Notes: generated by a model not told the origin, from the sequence alone. Positions 1 to 9,695 are shown, counted from the first letter of the stretch. The stretch: 64,000 nt of DNA from Gaiellaceae bacterium (GCA_035553355.1 DATMJW010000124.1:13209-77208); one strand, 5' to 3'. A program made the numbers and translations.

Positions 1-1304
1 AGCAGAGCCAGCGCGAGTGTCCCGGCGATGTTCGCGAGCGAGATCGCGAGCGGGATCCCCCACGTGCCGACGCGGAAGAGCGCCGCGTACAGCGCCACGT
101 TCAGTACGAGGTTCCCGAGCGCGACGAGCGTCGGCGTCCACGGCGCCTGGAGGCCGAAGAAGCCACGGTTCAGCATCAGCATCATCCCGTTGAACGCGAG
201 CCCGAGCGAGAACGCCGCGAGCGACGCCGCGACGACCGGGGTCTCGCGCGCCGTGAACTCACCTCGCTCGTAGAGGATCCGCACGATCGGTTCGGCGAGC
301 ACCGCGCAGACGACGCTCGCAGGGACGAGCAGGAACGCGATCTGCCGGAGGCCGATCCCGATCCAGCGGCCGAAGCCCTCGAGGTCGCCGCGCGCCGAGA
401 GCTGCGCGAGGCGCGGGAAGAGCACGGTCGAAACCGCGACCGAGAAGACCCCCTGCGGGAGCATGTAGATCCGGAACGCGGCGTCGATCGCGGCGGGCGA
501 CAGCGTCGGGTCGATGTAGCGGGACGCGAAGAACGTCCCGAAGAGCTGGTTGACGTTGATCAGCCCGAGCCCGAGCGTCACCGGCCCCATGAGGAGGAAG
601 ACCTGCTTGACGGCCGGGTCTCGCCAGTCGATCGCGACGCGCAGGCGGCCGTCGCGCCCGCGCAGCCACGGGACCGGCAGGAGCACCTGCACGATCGTCC
701 CGACGAGGATCGAGACGGCGTAGACGTACAGCTCCCCCTCCTCCGTCTCCGCGTGCGGCACGCCGAGCACGAGGCCGGCGATGATCGCGACGTTCCAGAA
801 GACGGGCGTCAGGGCCGGGATGGAGAAGTGCTCGTAGCTGTTCAGGATTCCGACGACGATCCCGGACACGCCGAGCAGCGCGACGATCGGGAAGAGGATC
901 TGCGTGAGCCGTACCGCGAGCTCCTCGTCGGCGACGTCGAACGGCCGCACGAGCAACGGCGCGGCGAGGATCGAGAGCGCCGTGAGGGCGCTCAGGCCGA
1001 GCAGCAACAGCCAGAAGAGCGTCGAGGCGACGCGCCACGCCCGTGCGCGCTCCCCCCTCTCGAGGAGCTCCGTGAAGACGGGGACGAACGCGCCCGACAG
1101 TGCCGCGTCGGCGACGAGCGCACGGACGAGATTCGGGATCTGGAAGGCGACGGTGAAGGCGTTGATCCCGGCGCCCTCGACGCCGAAGTAGGCGCGTGCG
1201 ACGATCTCGCGAACCAGCCCGAGGATCCGTGAGAGCGCGGTCGCCGCGGAGAAGATCGCCGTGGACAGCGCGAGTCGACGCGCGCTCGGCCTCGCCTCCT
1301 CCAC
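1..1304 (-). CDS. murJ: Lipid II flippase MurJ/MviN; C-terminus runs off the window start
   Basis: Not in the ORF track (GTG start, frame leaves window). Own reverse translation: GTG at 1304-1302 gives VEEARPSARRLALSTAIFSAATALSRILGLVREIVARAYFGVEGAGIN...; bases 60-1 give GIPLAISLANIAGTLALALL. Hydrophobic multi-TM with a MurJ-like N-terminal signature. Confidence 0.8.
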   Translation of the reverse strand, partial: MEEARPSARRLALSTAIFSAATALSRILGLVREIVARAYFGVEGAGINAFTVAFQIPNLVRALVADAALSGAFVPVFTELLERGERARAWRVASTLFWLLLLGLSALTALSILAAPLLVRPFDVADEELAVRLTQILFPIVALLGVSGIVVGILNSYEHFSIPALTPVFWNVAIIAGLVLGVPHAETEEGELYVYAVSILVGTIVQVLLPVPWLRGRDGRLRVAIDWRDPAVKQVFLLMGPVTLGLGLINVNQLFGTFFASRYIDPTLSPAAIDAAFRIYMLPQGVFSVAVSTVLFPRLAQLSARGDLEGFGRWIGIGLRQIAFLLVPASVVCAVLAEPIVRILYERGEFTARETPVVAASLAAFSLGLAFNGMMLMLNRGFFGLQAPWTPTLVALGNLVLNVALYAALFRVGTWGIPLAISLANIAGTLALAL

Positions 1305-1310
1305 GGGGCG

Positions 1311-1316
1311 AGTATA
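1311..1316 (-). promoter_or_regulatory. Candidate -10 box TATACT, 6 nt upstream of the murJ GTG (leaderless geometry)
   Basis: Minus strand reads ctccTATACTcgccccGTG. The TAnnnT-N6-start pattern recurs at several first cistrons in this window. Confidence 0.4.
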
Positions 1317-1393
1317 GGAGCGGCCGCGGCTGCGATCCCGTCGCGGCGTTTGCTACAGTTCCGCCGCCCGCCGAGTGCGGGCGCCTTTACGAG

Positions 1394-1660
1394 ATGCCGA
1401 ACATCAAGCAGCAGATCAAGCGCGTCCGGATCGCGCAGCGCCAGCGGGACGAGAACCTGCGCTACCGCTCGACCGTGAAGACGCTCACGAAGCGGCTCGA
1501 GGCGGCCGTCGCAGACGGCGATGCCGAGAAGATCGCCGCCGAGCATCGGGAGCTCGTCCGGCTGATCGACAAGGCCGCGTCGCACGGCGCGCTGCACAAG
1601 AACACCGCCGCGCGCAAGAAGGCACGCGCAGCGCGGATCGCCACCGGCGCCGAGCTCTAG
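1394..1660 (+). CDS. rpsT: 30S ribosomal protein S20
   Basis: Internal ATG at 1394 of track ORF 1196..1660. MPNIKQQIKRVRIAQRQRDENLRYRS...HKNTAARKKARAARI is the S20 signature; 88 aa. Confidence 0.95.
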   Translation: MPNIKQQIKRVRIAQRQRDENLRYRSTVKTLTKRLEAAVADGDAEKIAAEHRELVRLIDKAASHGALHKNTAARKKARAARIATGAEL

Positions 1661-1699
1661 CGCCGCGCGAGCAGCCATCGTCGCTCGCGGCGACGCGGG

Positions 1700-2671
1700 C
1701 TACGACCGCTCGGCGGTCAGGTCGACGAGCGCGCGCTGCAACTCGAGGTCGGGCGCGAGTCGGCTGTCTCCCTTGAGCGCACGGTCGAGCGCGGCGAGCC
1801 GCACGACCGCCCCGCGCAGCTCCTCCTCGGCGAAGTTGCGTGCCTGCCCGAAGAGCTTCTCCGCGTAGAACGGGTGCATCTTCAACCGCGGCGCCGCGTC
1901 GCGCGGGCGGACGCCGTCGGAGGCGAGCTTCTGGCACTGCCGCACGCGAGCGACGTGGTTCGAGAGGGCGCCTGCGAGCCGCGGCGCGGTGTCGCGGCGC
2001 GGGCGGCCTTCGCGCTCGAAGATCGTCTCGGTCGCCTCGAGCGTGCCGCCGACGTCGCGGCGCGCCCACGCATCCGTGAGGTCGAACGTCGGTGCCTCGG
2101 CGAGCGCGGGAACGAGCGTGAGCACCTCATGCTCCCCGATCGGCTCGCCCCGAGCCCACGTCGCGAGCTTGTCGATCTCGCTCGCGAGCTGGTGGAGATC
2201 GTCCCCGATCAGCTGGACGAGCGCGGCGCACGCCTCCGGTTCGGCGCGGGCGCCGACGAGCGCGAACTGCTCGGCGACCCACGACGAAAGGTTCTTCTTC
2301 GGGACGGAGAACGCGAGCACCTGACCGACCTTCGCCACCGCCTTCGCGAGCGGCGAGTCCGCCTTCAGGTCGTGGGCGACGAGCGCGAGGACGGTGCCGG
2401 GCGCCGGGTTCTCGAGGTAGGCGGCGACCGCCTTCACGTCCGCTGCCTTCCACTTGTCGACCGGCTGCACGATCACGAGCCGCGCGTCGCCGGAGAAGAA
2501 GCCGAGCGTGTTGCAGGCGGCGACGGCGTCGTCGCCCGTCGCAGGCGGCACGTCGACCGACTCGACCGCCTGGTCGCCGACGCGGGCGCGGAGGCGCTGG
2601 AGCGCACGACCGATCTTGGGTCTGTCGGTTCCCGTGAGCAGGTACGCGGGCTTGAGCTCCGCAGCGGCCAC
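1700..2671 (-). CDS. holA: DNA polymerase III delta subunit
   Basis: 323 aa, LKPAYLLTGTDRPKI... delta-like N-terminus. Conserved rpsT / holA-comEC-comEA-leuS synteny. GTG start. Confidence 0.75.
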   Translation of the reverse strand: MAAAELKPAYLLTGTDRPKIGRALQRLRARVGDQAVESVDVPPATGDDAVAACNTLGFFSGDARLVIVQPVDKWKAADVKAVAAYLENPAPGTVLALVAHDLKADSPLAKAVAKVGQVLAFSVPKKNLSSWVAEQFALVGARAEPEACAALVQLIGDDLHQLASEIDKLATWARGEPIGEHEVLTLVPALAEAPTFDLTDAWARRDVGGTLEATETIFEREGRPRRDTAPRLAGALSNHVARVRQCQKLASDGVRPRDAAPRLKMHPFYAEKLFGQARNFAEEELRGAVVRLAALDRALKGDSRLAPDLELQRALVDLTAERS

Positions 2672-2677
2672 GCATCC

Positions 2678-2683
2678 ACCCTA
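2678..2683 (-). promoter_or_regulatory. Candidate -10 box TAGGGT, 6 nt upstream of the holA GTG (leaderless geometry)
   Basis: Minus strand reads ctcTAGGGTggatgcGTG, located in the 28-nt gap after the comEC stop. Confidence 0.35.
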
Positions 2684-2699
2684 GAGGACGCAGCGGGCG

Positions 2700-4940
2700 C
2701 TACCTCTGCGTCGCGACCGAGACACGCTTCCCGTCCGTCTCGACGACGACGCGACCGTCCCTGTCCGTGCGAAGAAGGCGGATCGCGGGGACCGTCGCGA
2801 GCGCCGCGAGTGTCGTCCTGTGCGGGTGACCGTAGGGGTTGCCGCGTCCGCACGAGATGACGGCGAGCGCGGGCCGCAGCTCCCGGAGCTCCCGCTCGAG
2901 CCCGGCGTCGGCCGAGCCGTGATGGCCGACCTTGAGGATCTCGACCGAGCGTGCGTGAAGCGGTGCCGTCACGTCAGTCTCGGCGTCCGCCGGGAGGAGC
3001 GCGTCGACCGCTCCATACGTCGCGAGGATGACGATTGCCAGCCTGTTCGGGTCGTCACGCGCGGTTCCCGGCCGAACGGGCCAGAGCACGCGCAGCCGGA
3101 GGCGGCCGAGCCGCCACTCGGCGCCCGCGCGCGCCTCCGTCACCGGCACGTCCCGCTGGGCCGCGACATGGAGCGCCTCGCGCCGGTACGGGCTCGAACG
3201 CGTGAGGTGCGGGTCGAGGACACGGTCGACGGCGACCTTCCGCAGGACGTCGGCCGCTCCGCCGATGTGGTCCCGCTCCGGATGCGTCAGGACGAGCGCG
3301 GCGAGCCGCCGCACGCCGAGCTCCCGAAGCTGTGCGGCGACGCGCGCCTCGGGCGGGCCCTGATCGACGAGCACCGCTCCCTGCGGCACCTGGAGCAGGA
3401 TCGCGTCGCCCTGCCCCACGTCGAGGAACGTGATCCGGAGGCCGCGTGGCGGAGGAGGCTTCGGCGCCGGCCACAGCTGCCACACGAGGAGCGCGGGCAC
3501 GAGCGCCGCCAGCGCGGCGACCGCGAAGCGGCGTCGCCAGCGCGGCAGCCGCTGCAGCAGGAGGAGAGCGGCGGGCGCCGCGAGCAGCGTCACGACGGCG
3601 GCAGCCGAAGCGACCTGCGCGTGCGGCAGCGACGCGACGGCACGCGCGCACACGACGAGGTACGCCGCGATCCAGCCGTTGAGCCAGGCGAGCGCGAGCG
3701 CGACCGACGGCAGAACCGGCTCGACGAGCGCCGCGACGAGCGCGAGCGTGAGGAGCGGGGCCATCGCGACCGCGGCGCCGACGTTCGCGAGCAGCGAGTA
3801 GACCGGCACCGCCCCGAACTGCAGCCAGACGATCGGCGCGGTCGCAGCGCCGCACGCCGCGGAGACCGCGAGGACGACCGCGAGCGGACGCGGGATCGGG
3901 TAGCCCTCGAGCGTCCGGAGGAGCCGCGGAGAGAGCGTGAAGATGGCCGCGACCGCGGCGAACGACAGCTGGAACCCCGGCTCGAGGAGAGACGCCGGCG
4001 TCCAGGCGAGGAGGACCAGAGCCCCGAGCGCGAGGAAGTGCCACCGGTCGGCCGGCCGCGCCAGCAGCCACGTGAGCGAGACGAGAGCGCCCGCCACGCC
4101 GGCACGGACGACCGAGGGCTGCCAGCCGACGGCGAGGACGTAGCCGGCAATCGCGAGGAGCGCACCGGCGTGTGCGGCCGCTCGCGGCAGCCCGAGGAGC
4201 CAGAACAAGCCGAGGACGACGCCCGCGACGAGAGCGACGTTCTGTCCCGACACCGCGAGCAGGTGGTAGAGCCCCGACACCTTGAAACTCTCCTGCAGCT
4301 CCGGCGACAGTCCCTCGTCCTCACCGAGGACGATCCCGCGCAGGACCGCGCGCCGTTCTCCGGTGAGTCCGGCCGCGACGGCGTCTCCGAGGTGCCCGCG
4401 GACGAGGTCGGACACACCGCCCACTCCGCCGCGGCGACCGACGATCCGCCAAGACTCCGCGTGCAGGACGACGTGCACGCCGCGGCGAGCGAGCCAGGCG
4501 CGCTCGTCGAACCCGCCGCCGTGCGCCGCCCGCGGCGCGCGCACCTCGACGCGAAGTCCGATGACGGCCCCCTGCGGCGGTGACCGCGCGGGTGGCAGCT
4601 GCAGGAGCACACGCTCGCGAAGCACACCACCGCGGTAGGTGCGGGTCTCGGCGAACAGGCGGACGGCGAACTCCGTTCGTCGCGGTGGAGACGTCACGAC
4701 GACTTCCGCACGCCCGGAGTGCCCGATCTCGCCGCGCAGCACGCTGCGGTCGAACGCCTCGAGGCGCGCGCTGCCCCACCACCAGCCGGCGGTGACGGCG
4801 ACGAGCGCGAGTGCCGGCGCGCGGGTAGCCGGTACTGCGAGCGCGACGACGAGCGCGGCTCCGGCTGCGGCGAGGACGGCATCGGGAGCCGCGACGGCGT
4901 TCGCGGACGCGAGCCCGGCGCACGCCGCCGCGACGAGCAA
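2700..4940 (-). CDS. comEC: ComEC/Rec2 DNA internalisation channel with C-terminal metallo-beta-lactamase domain
   Basis: 746 aa, many TM segments. MBL motifs FLDVGQGDAILLQ, LVLTHPERDHIGG, KVGHHGS. TTG start. Confidence 0.85.
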   Translation of the reverse strand: MLVAAACAGLASANAVAAPDAVLAAAGAALVVALAVPATRAPALALVAVTAGWWWGSARLEAFDRSVLRGEIGHSGRAEVVVTSPPRRTEFAVRLFAETRTYRGGVLRERVLLQLPPARSPPQGAVIGLRVEVRAPRAAHGGGFDERAWLARRGVHVVLHAESWRIVGRRGGVGGVSDLVRGHLGDAVAAGLTGERRAVLRGIVLGEDEGLSPELQESFKVSGLYHLLAVSGQNVALVAGVVLGLFWLLGLPRAAAHAGALLAIAGYVLAVGWQPSVVRAGVAGALVSLTWLLARPADRWHFLALGALVLLAWTPASLLEPGFQLSFAAVAAIFTLSPRLLRTLEGYPIPRPLAVVLAVSAACGAATAPIVWLQFGAVPVYSLLANVGAAVAMAPLLTLALVAALVEPVLPSVALALAWLNGWIAAYLVVCARAVASLPHAQVASAAAVVTLLAAPAALLLLQRLPRWRRRFAVAALAALVPALLVWQLWPAPKPPPPRGLRITFLDVGQGDAILLQVPQGAVLVDQGPPEARVAAQLRELGVRRLAALVLTHPERDHIGGAADVLRKVAVDRVLDPHLTRSSPYRREALHVAAQRDVPVTEARAGAEWRLGRLRLRVLWPVRPGTARDDPNRLAIVILATYGAVDALLPADAETDVTAPLHARSVEILKVGHHGSADAGLERELRELRPALAVISCGRGNPYGHPHRTTLAALATVPAIRLLRTDRDGRVVVETDGKRVSVATQR

Positions 4941-4981
4941 CGTCGGCCAGTGCCGCTCGAGGAGCGTTCGCAGCTCGGGAG

Positions 4982-5566
4982 TCAGGGCGTCACCAGCTCC
5001 CGCAGCTGCTCGACGCGCGCCGGTCCGATGCCGGGTACCGCGTCGAGGTCGTCGACGGAGCGGAAGCCGCCGTTGCGTGTTCGCCAGTCGACGATCTTCT
5101 GCGCCGTCACGGGCCCGATCCCCGGAAGCGCGTCCAGCTCCTCGACCGTCGCCGCGCTCAGGCTGACGCGCCCCACGGGCGTTCCCGCTGCTGGTCCGCC
5201 GTCCGTCCCCGCCGCGCCGGCGGCCCGACTCGGTATCAGGACCTGCATCCCGTCGGCGAGCGGCGCGGCGAGGTTGACGGCGGCCGTGTCGGCGGCCGCG
5301 GTGACACCGCCGGCGCGCGACACGGCGTCCGCTACGCGGGCGCCTTCGCGGAGCCGGTAGAGCCCCGGCCGGTGGACCGCGCCGACGACGTGGACGACGA
5401 CGCGCGCCGCATCCGCGGACGTCGGCGTCGCCGGTACGAGCTCCGCCGGGCGTGCGTCGGCTGCCGCACCGGCTCCGGCGAGTGACCGCCCCACGACCGC
5501 GAGCACCGCGAGCAGCACGATCGCGAGCACGAGCGCGGACGTGCGCGGGATCGGCAGCGACGACAC
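4982..5566 (-). CDS. comEA: ComEA DNA receptor (membrane anchor plus tandem helix-hairpin-helix)
   Basis: 194 aa with N-terminal TM helix. C-terminal LPGIGPVTAQKIVDWR...VPGIGPARVEQL HhH repeats. Confidence 0.85.
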   Translation of the reverse strand: MSSLPIPRTSALVLAIVLLAVLAVVGRSLAGAGAAADARPAELVPATPTSADAARVVVHVVGAVHRPGLYRLREGARVADAVSRAGGVTAAADTAAVNLAAPLADGMQVLIPSRAAGAAGTDGGPAAGTPVGRVSLSAATVEELDALPGIGPVTAQKIVDWRTRNGGFRSVDDLDAVPGIGPARVEQLRELVTP

Positions 5567-5654
5567 GCCGAAACGCTGCCGCGGGAACTGTCGCGCGTGT
5601 GTGCCGGATCAGAAGCGGAGCTGTGCCAATCGCTCCACAGTGCGCTCCCGCGAC

Positions 5655-8087
5655 CTAGACCACGAAGTTGACGAGCTTCTGCGGCACGACGATCGTCTTC
5701 CGCGGCTCGCCGCCGTTCAGGTGCACACGAACGCGCTCCGACGCACGCGCGAGCGCGACGAGCTCCTCCTCCGAGGTCGCCGCCGGAACGTGGAGGCGGT
5801 CGCGCAGCTTGCCGTTCACCTGGACGACGACCTCGATCACGTCCCGCTCGAGCATCGCCGCGTCGGCGGCCGGCCACGGCTGCTCCCACAACCGCTCGTG
5901 CCCGAGCCGCTGCCAGAGCTCCTCCGCGACGTGCGGCGCGTACGGCTGGATCAGGGAGACGGCGGTCTCGGCAGCGAAGCGCGCGTCCGGATCGGCCGTG
6001 GCGCGCGAGAGCTCGTTGACGAGCTCCATCACGGCGGCGATCGCGGTGTTGAACGCGAAGCGGCGGCCGATGTCGTCGGTCACCTTCGCGATCGTCGCGT
6101 GGGTCTTCCGTGCGAGCGCGCCTCCCTGCGGCGACCCCTCTGGCGCACGCTCGGCGACCTCGCAGACGACGCGCCAGAGCCGGCGGACAAAGCGGGCCAT
6201 GCCCTCTGCGGCGTCCTCCGTCCACTCCATGTCCTCGTTCGCCGGCCCGAGGAAGAGGATGCAGAGCCGGACGGCGTCGGCGCCGTACCGCGCGACGAAC
6301 TCGTCGGGGCCGACGGCGGCGCCGGAGCGCTTCGAGATCTTCGCCTTGCCGATCGTCACCCAGCCGTTCGAGAAGAAGCTCGCGAACGGCTCGCGGAAGC
6401 CGACGTAGCCAAGGTCGTTCAGCACCTTCACCCAGAAGCGGGCGTAGATCATGTGCATCGTCGCGTGGTCGACGCCGCCGATGTAGAGGTCGACGGGGTT
6501 CCAGTAGTCGACGACGGCGCGATCGAACGGCGCGTCCTCGTTCCGCGCGTCGCAGTAGCGCAGGAAGTACCAGGACGAGTCGACGAAGGTGTCCATCGTC
6601 TCCGTCTCGCGGCGCGCCGCACCGCCGCAGGCGGGGCAGCTCGTTCGCACCCATTCCTCCGCCTGCGCGAGCGGTGGCCGCCCCTTCGGCTTGTAGTCCT
6701 CGACCTCCGGGAGCACGACCGGCAGATCGCTCTCCGGCACGGGGACGATCCCGCACGTGTCGCAGTAGACGACCGGGATCGGGCAGCCCCAGTAGCGCTG
6801 GCGCGAGAACCCCCAGTCACGGAGCCGATAGTTGACGGTGAACCGTCCGCGCCCGTCACGCTCGAGCTTCTCGACGATGCCGCGCGCGCCCTCGGGGACG
6901 GAGAGGCCGTCGAACTCGCCGGAGTTCACGAGCACGTCGTCCTCTGTCTTCGACGTGTACGCCTCGCCCACCGGCGCCTCGCCGTCGCGCGGCCGCACGA
7001 CCTCCCGGATCGGGAGCCCGAACGCGCGCGCGAACTCGGCGTCTCGCTCGTCGTGGCCGGGGACGGCCATCACCGCACCGGTGCCGTAGTCGGTCAGGAC
7101 GTAGTCGGCGACGTACACCGGGATGTGCTCGCCGTTCACGGGGTTGACGACATGGAGGCCCGTGAAGACGCCCGTCTTCTCGACCGCCGCGGCGCGCTCC
7201 TCCGTCTTCTTCGCGGCGGCGCGGCGGACGTACGCCTGCACCTCCTCCGACTCGATCCTCGACACCAGCTCGTGCTCGGGTGCGAGCGCGAAGAAGGTGG
7301 CGCCGAAGAGCGTGTCCGGACGCGTCGTGAAGACCGGCACGTCGACGTTCCACTCGGCGACGCGGAACACCACCTCCGCGCCGTCCGAGCGCCCGATCCA
7401 GTTGCGCTGCCGCGCCTTGATCGAGTCGGGCCAGTCGACGGTCTCGAGGTCGTCGAGAAGCGCCTGCGCGTAGTCGGTGATCCGGAAGAACCACTGCTCC
7501 ATCACACGCGACTCGACCTCCGCGCCGCACCGCTCGCACGTCCCGTCGGCGAGCACCTGCTCGTTCGCCAGCACCGTCTGGTCGTTCGGGCACCACTTCA
7601 CCGGGGCGCCCTTGCGGTACGCGAGGCCGCGCTCGAGGAAGCGGAGGAACTGCCACTGCTGCCAGCGGTAGTAGTCGGGCGCGTGCGTCGAGAGCTCGCG
7701 CGACCAGTCGATCCACCAGCCGATGCGGCGCATCGACGCGCGGATGTTCTCGATGTTGCGCTCGGTGATCTCGCGCGGGTGACCGCCCTCACGGATCGCC
7801 GCGTTCTCGGCGGGGAGCCCGAACGCGTCCCAGCCCATCGGGTGCAGGACCCTGAAGCCGTTGCGGCGCCGGAAGTGCGTCGCCACGTCGCCGATCGTGT
7901 AGACGAGCATGTGCCCCATGTGGAGCGACCCCGACGGGTACGGGAGCATCTCGAGCACGTAGCCCTTCCGCCCCGCAGCGTCACCCGGCGCCGGGTTCGG
8001 CACCTCCCAGGCGCGCGCCTCCTGCCAGACGCGCTGCCACTTCTCCTCGATCGCCTGCGGGTCGTAGGTGCTGTCGCGCTCGCTCAT
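5655..8087 (-). CDS. leuS: Leucyl-tRNA synthetase
   Basis: 810 aa. Class I motifs PYPSGSLHMGH (HIGH-type) and KISKRSG (KMSKS-type). Typical LeuS N-terminus YDPQAIEEKWQRVW. Confidence 0.95.
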   Translation of the reverse strand: MSERDSTYDPQAIEEKWQRVWQEARAWEVPNPAPGDAAGRKGYVLEMLPYPSGSLHMGHMLVYTIGDVATHFRRRNGFRVLHPMGWDAFGLPAENAAIREGGHPREITERNIENIRASMRRIGWWIDWSRELSTHAPDYYRWQQWQFLRFLERGLAYRKGAPVKWCPNDQTVLANEQVLADGTCERCGAEVESRVMEQWFFRITDYAQALLDDLETVDWPDSIKARQRNWIGRSDGAEVVFRVAEWNVDVPVFTTRPDTLFGATFFALAPEHELVSRIESEEVQAYVRRAAAKKTEERAAAVEKTGVFTGLHVVNPVNGEHIPVYVADYVLTDYGTGAVMAVPGHDERDAEFARAFGLPIREVVRPRDGEAPVGEAYTSKTEDDVLVNSGEFDGLSVPEGARGIVEKLERDGRGRFTVNYRLRDWGFSRQRYWGCPIPVVYCDTCGIVPVPESDLPVVLPEVEDYKPKGRPPLAQAEEWVRTSCPACGGAARRETETMDTFVDSSWYFLRYCDARNEDAPFDRAVVDYWNPVDLYIGGVDHATMHMIYARFWVKVLNDLGYVGFREPFASFFSNGWVTIGKAKISKRSGAAVGPDEFVARYGADAVRLCILFLGPANEDMEWTEDAAEGMARFVRRLWRVVCEVAERAPEGSPQGGALARKTHATIAKVTDDIGRRFAFNTAIAAVMELVNELSRATADPDARFAAETAVSLIQPYAPHVAEELWQRLGHERLWEQPWPAADAAMLERDVIEVVVQVNGKLRDRLHVPAATSEEELVALARASERVRVHLNGGEPRKTIVVPQKLVNFVV

Positions 8088-8113
8088 CGTCTCGTTCGCC
8101 GGGTTCGGGGTAC

Positions 8114-8138
8114 AAAAAAGCCTCTCGTCTCGAGAGGC
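8114..8138 (-). terminator. Intrinsic-terminator-like hairpin plus U6 inside the leuS 5' leader (candidate attenuator)
   Basis: Minus-strand RNA GCCUCUCG-AGA-CGAGAGGC-UUUUUU. Perfect 8-bp stem 8120-8127/8131-8138, T-run 8114-8119, 26 nt upstream of the leuS ATG. No minus-strand gene lies upstream (lysA is divergent). Confidence 0.55.
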
Positions 8139-8209
8139 CCGGGGGAAGCCGTCACGGCCGGCGGCCGCGCTGCTCCCTGCGCTACGGAAGAAGCTGCTTC
8201 ACTGCGCCA

Positions 8210-9469
8210 ATGCTAGCACTCTTCCCGGCGACGGCGGCCGTGCGTGAGGGCGAGCTCGAGGTCGGCGGCGTCCGTGCATCCGCGCTCGCAGAGCGATTCG
8301 GGACGCCGCTCGTCGTCTACTGCGAGCAGTCGCTGCGCGAGCGCGCGCGCCTCGTCACGGGCGCTGCGCCGGGGGCGACCGTCGTCTACGGGACGAAGGC
8401 GTTCGCAAACGTCGCGCTCCTTCGCCTGCTCGCCGAGGAGGGGATCGGGGCGGACGTCTCGACGCTCGGCGAGCTCGAGTTTGCGCGGCGGGCGGGACTG
8501 AGCGGCGAGCGCGTCGTCGTCCACGGCAACAACAAGTCGGATGCGGAGCTCGCGGCCGCGGCCGAGCTGGGGGCGCTCGTCGTCCTCGACGCGCTCGACG
8601 AGGCGAAGCGCGCCGCCGACGCCGGTGTGCGGCGCGTGCTCGTCAGGGTGACGCCGGGGGTCGAGGCGGAGACGCACGAGGCGATCCGCACCGGGCATCG
8701 CGGCTCGAAGTTCGGGCTCGATCCCGACGACGCAGTCGACGCCGTCCGAGGCGCGCTCGCCGCTGGGCTCGACGTCGCGGGGCTGCACGTGCACGTCGGC
8801 TCGCAGCTCGCCGACGCGCGCGCGCACCTCCTCGCCGTGGAGGCGCTCGCCGAGCTCGCGGCGCGGTCGCGCGACGAGCTCGGTTGGACGCCGCAGGTCG
8901 TCGACGTCGGGGGCGGGTTCGGCGTCCGGCACGTCCTCGACGAGCCGGATCCGCCGGTGGCGGAGCTCGTGCGCGCGATCGCGGGCGCGGTCGCGCGCGA
9001 CTGGGTGATGCGCGCGCTGCCGCCGCCGCGGCTGATGCTGGAGCCGGGACGGTCGCTCGTCGGCGCGGCTGCGTTCACGCTGTATCGCGTAGGCGCGGTC
9101 AAGCGCGCCGGCGACCGGAACTACGCGGCGGTCGACGGCGGCATGTCCGACAACCCGCGGCCGCAGCTCTACCGCGCGCGGTACAGCGCGCTCCTCGCGA
9201 ACCGGGCCGAGGAGGCGCCGGCCGAGGAGCCCGTGACGCTCGCCGGCAAGCACTGCGAGTCCGGCGACGTCCTCATCGAGCGCGCGTCCCTGCCGTCGCC
9301 ACGCCGCGGCGACCTCGTCGCAGTTCCGGCTACGGGCGCATACACGCTCGCGATGGGGTCGAACTACAACGGCGTGCCTCGGCCGGCGGCGGTGCTCGTC
9401 GCCGACGGCGACGCTCGGGTGATCCTGCGCCGCGAGACGCTCGACGACCTACTCGCGCGCGAGGTCTGA
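8210..9469 (+). CDS. lysA: Diaminopimelate decarboxylase
   Basis: 419 aa. FGTPLVVY, YGTKAFAN, EPGRSLVG and GKHCESGDVL motifs of PLP-dependent LysA. Confidence 0.9.
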   Translation: MLALFPATAAVREGELEVGGVRASALAERFGTPLVVYCEQSLRERARLVTGAAPGATVVYGTKAFANVALLRLLAEEGIGADVSTLGELEFARRAGLSGERVVVHGNNKSDAELAAAAELGALVVLDALDEAKRAADAGVRRVLVRVTPGVEAETHEAIRTGHRGSKFGLDPDDAVDAVRGALAAGLDVAGLHVHVGSQLADARAHLLAVEALAELAARSRDELGWTPQVVDVGGGFGVRHVLDEPDPPVAELVRAIAGAVARDWVMRALPPPRLMLEPGRSLVGAAAFTLYRVGAVKRAGDRNYAAVDGGMSDNPRPQLYRARYSALLANRAEEAPAEEPVTLAGKHCESGDVLIERASLPSPRRGDLVAVPATGAYTLAMGSNYNGVPRPAAVLVADGDARVILRRETLDDLLAREV

Positions 9470-9695
9470 GCGGGTTCGGCCGTAGCGCGGTGCCGCGGCG
9501 GCGCGTGGCGGGGGCTCGTCGGTGCGCGAAGCGGAGCGGCTGCGGCACGTTCCCCCACATGCCCCCAGGGGCACCCCGGTGTCCCTACGGAAACGGTAAC
9601 GGCCGCGACGTCACGGATGGGTGTCGCATGAGTGGCGACTCCGTGCCGGTCGTTCCACAGCCACGCCCGGCGCAGGCGCCCCTGCCTCCGGTGCG

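Noticed and set aside
2700-5566. comEC and comEA as evidence for a natural-competence system.
   Set aside because: The holA-comEC-comEA-leuS arrangement is a widely conserved housekeeping synteny, and no pilus or other com genes are present in the window.
8182-8202. Leader peptide MKQLLP (two CTT Leu codons) as a classical leucine attenuator.
   Set aside because: No SD, a GTG start, it sits 8 nt from the lysA ATG so a promoter would have to lie inside lysA, and I could not find a convincing anti-terminator pairing. It is kept only as a remark in the leuS-leader finding.
8088-8209. T-box riboswitch upstream of leuS.
   Set aside because: There is no specifier/T-box consensus (nothing like GGUGGUACCGCG), and the leader is far shorter than a T-box. 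Only the terminator itself is supported.
5541-8216. 891-aa plus-strand ORF covering the whole leuS locus.
   Set aside because: It is antisense to an unmistakable leuS. The peptide is Arg/Asp/Glu/Leu-rich low-complexity with no motif, the usual stop-free antisense frame of very GC-rich DNA.
9470-9695. 226-nt gap between convergent lysA and hisIE, containing several C-runs (CCCCC, CCCCC, CCCC) and imperfect hairpins. I considered a 6C-like sRNA, a tRNA or a small ORF.
   Set aside because: No tRNA cloverleaf or T-loop, I cannot reproduce the 6C two-hairpin architecture by eye, and the ORFs here are junk frames. It most likely holds 3' UTRs and terminators. It would need an Rfam/CM scan and RNA-seq.
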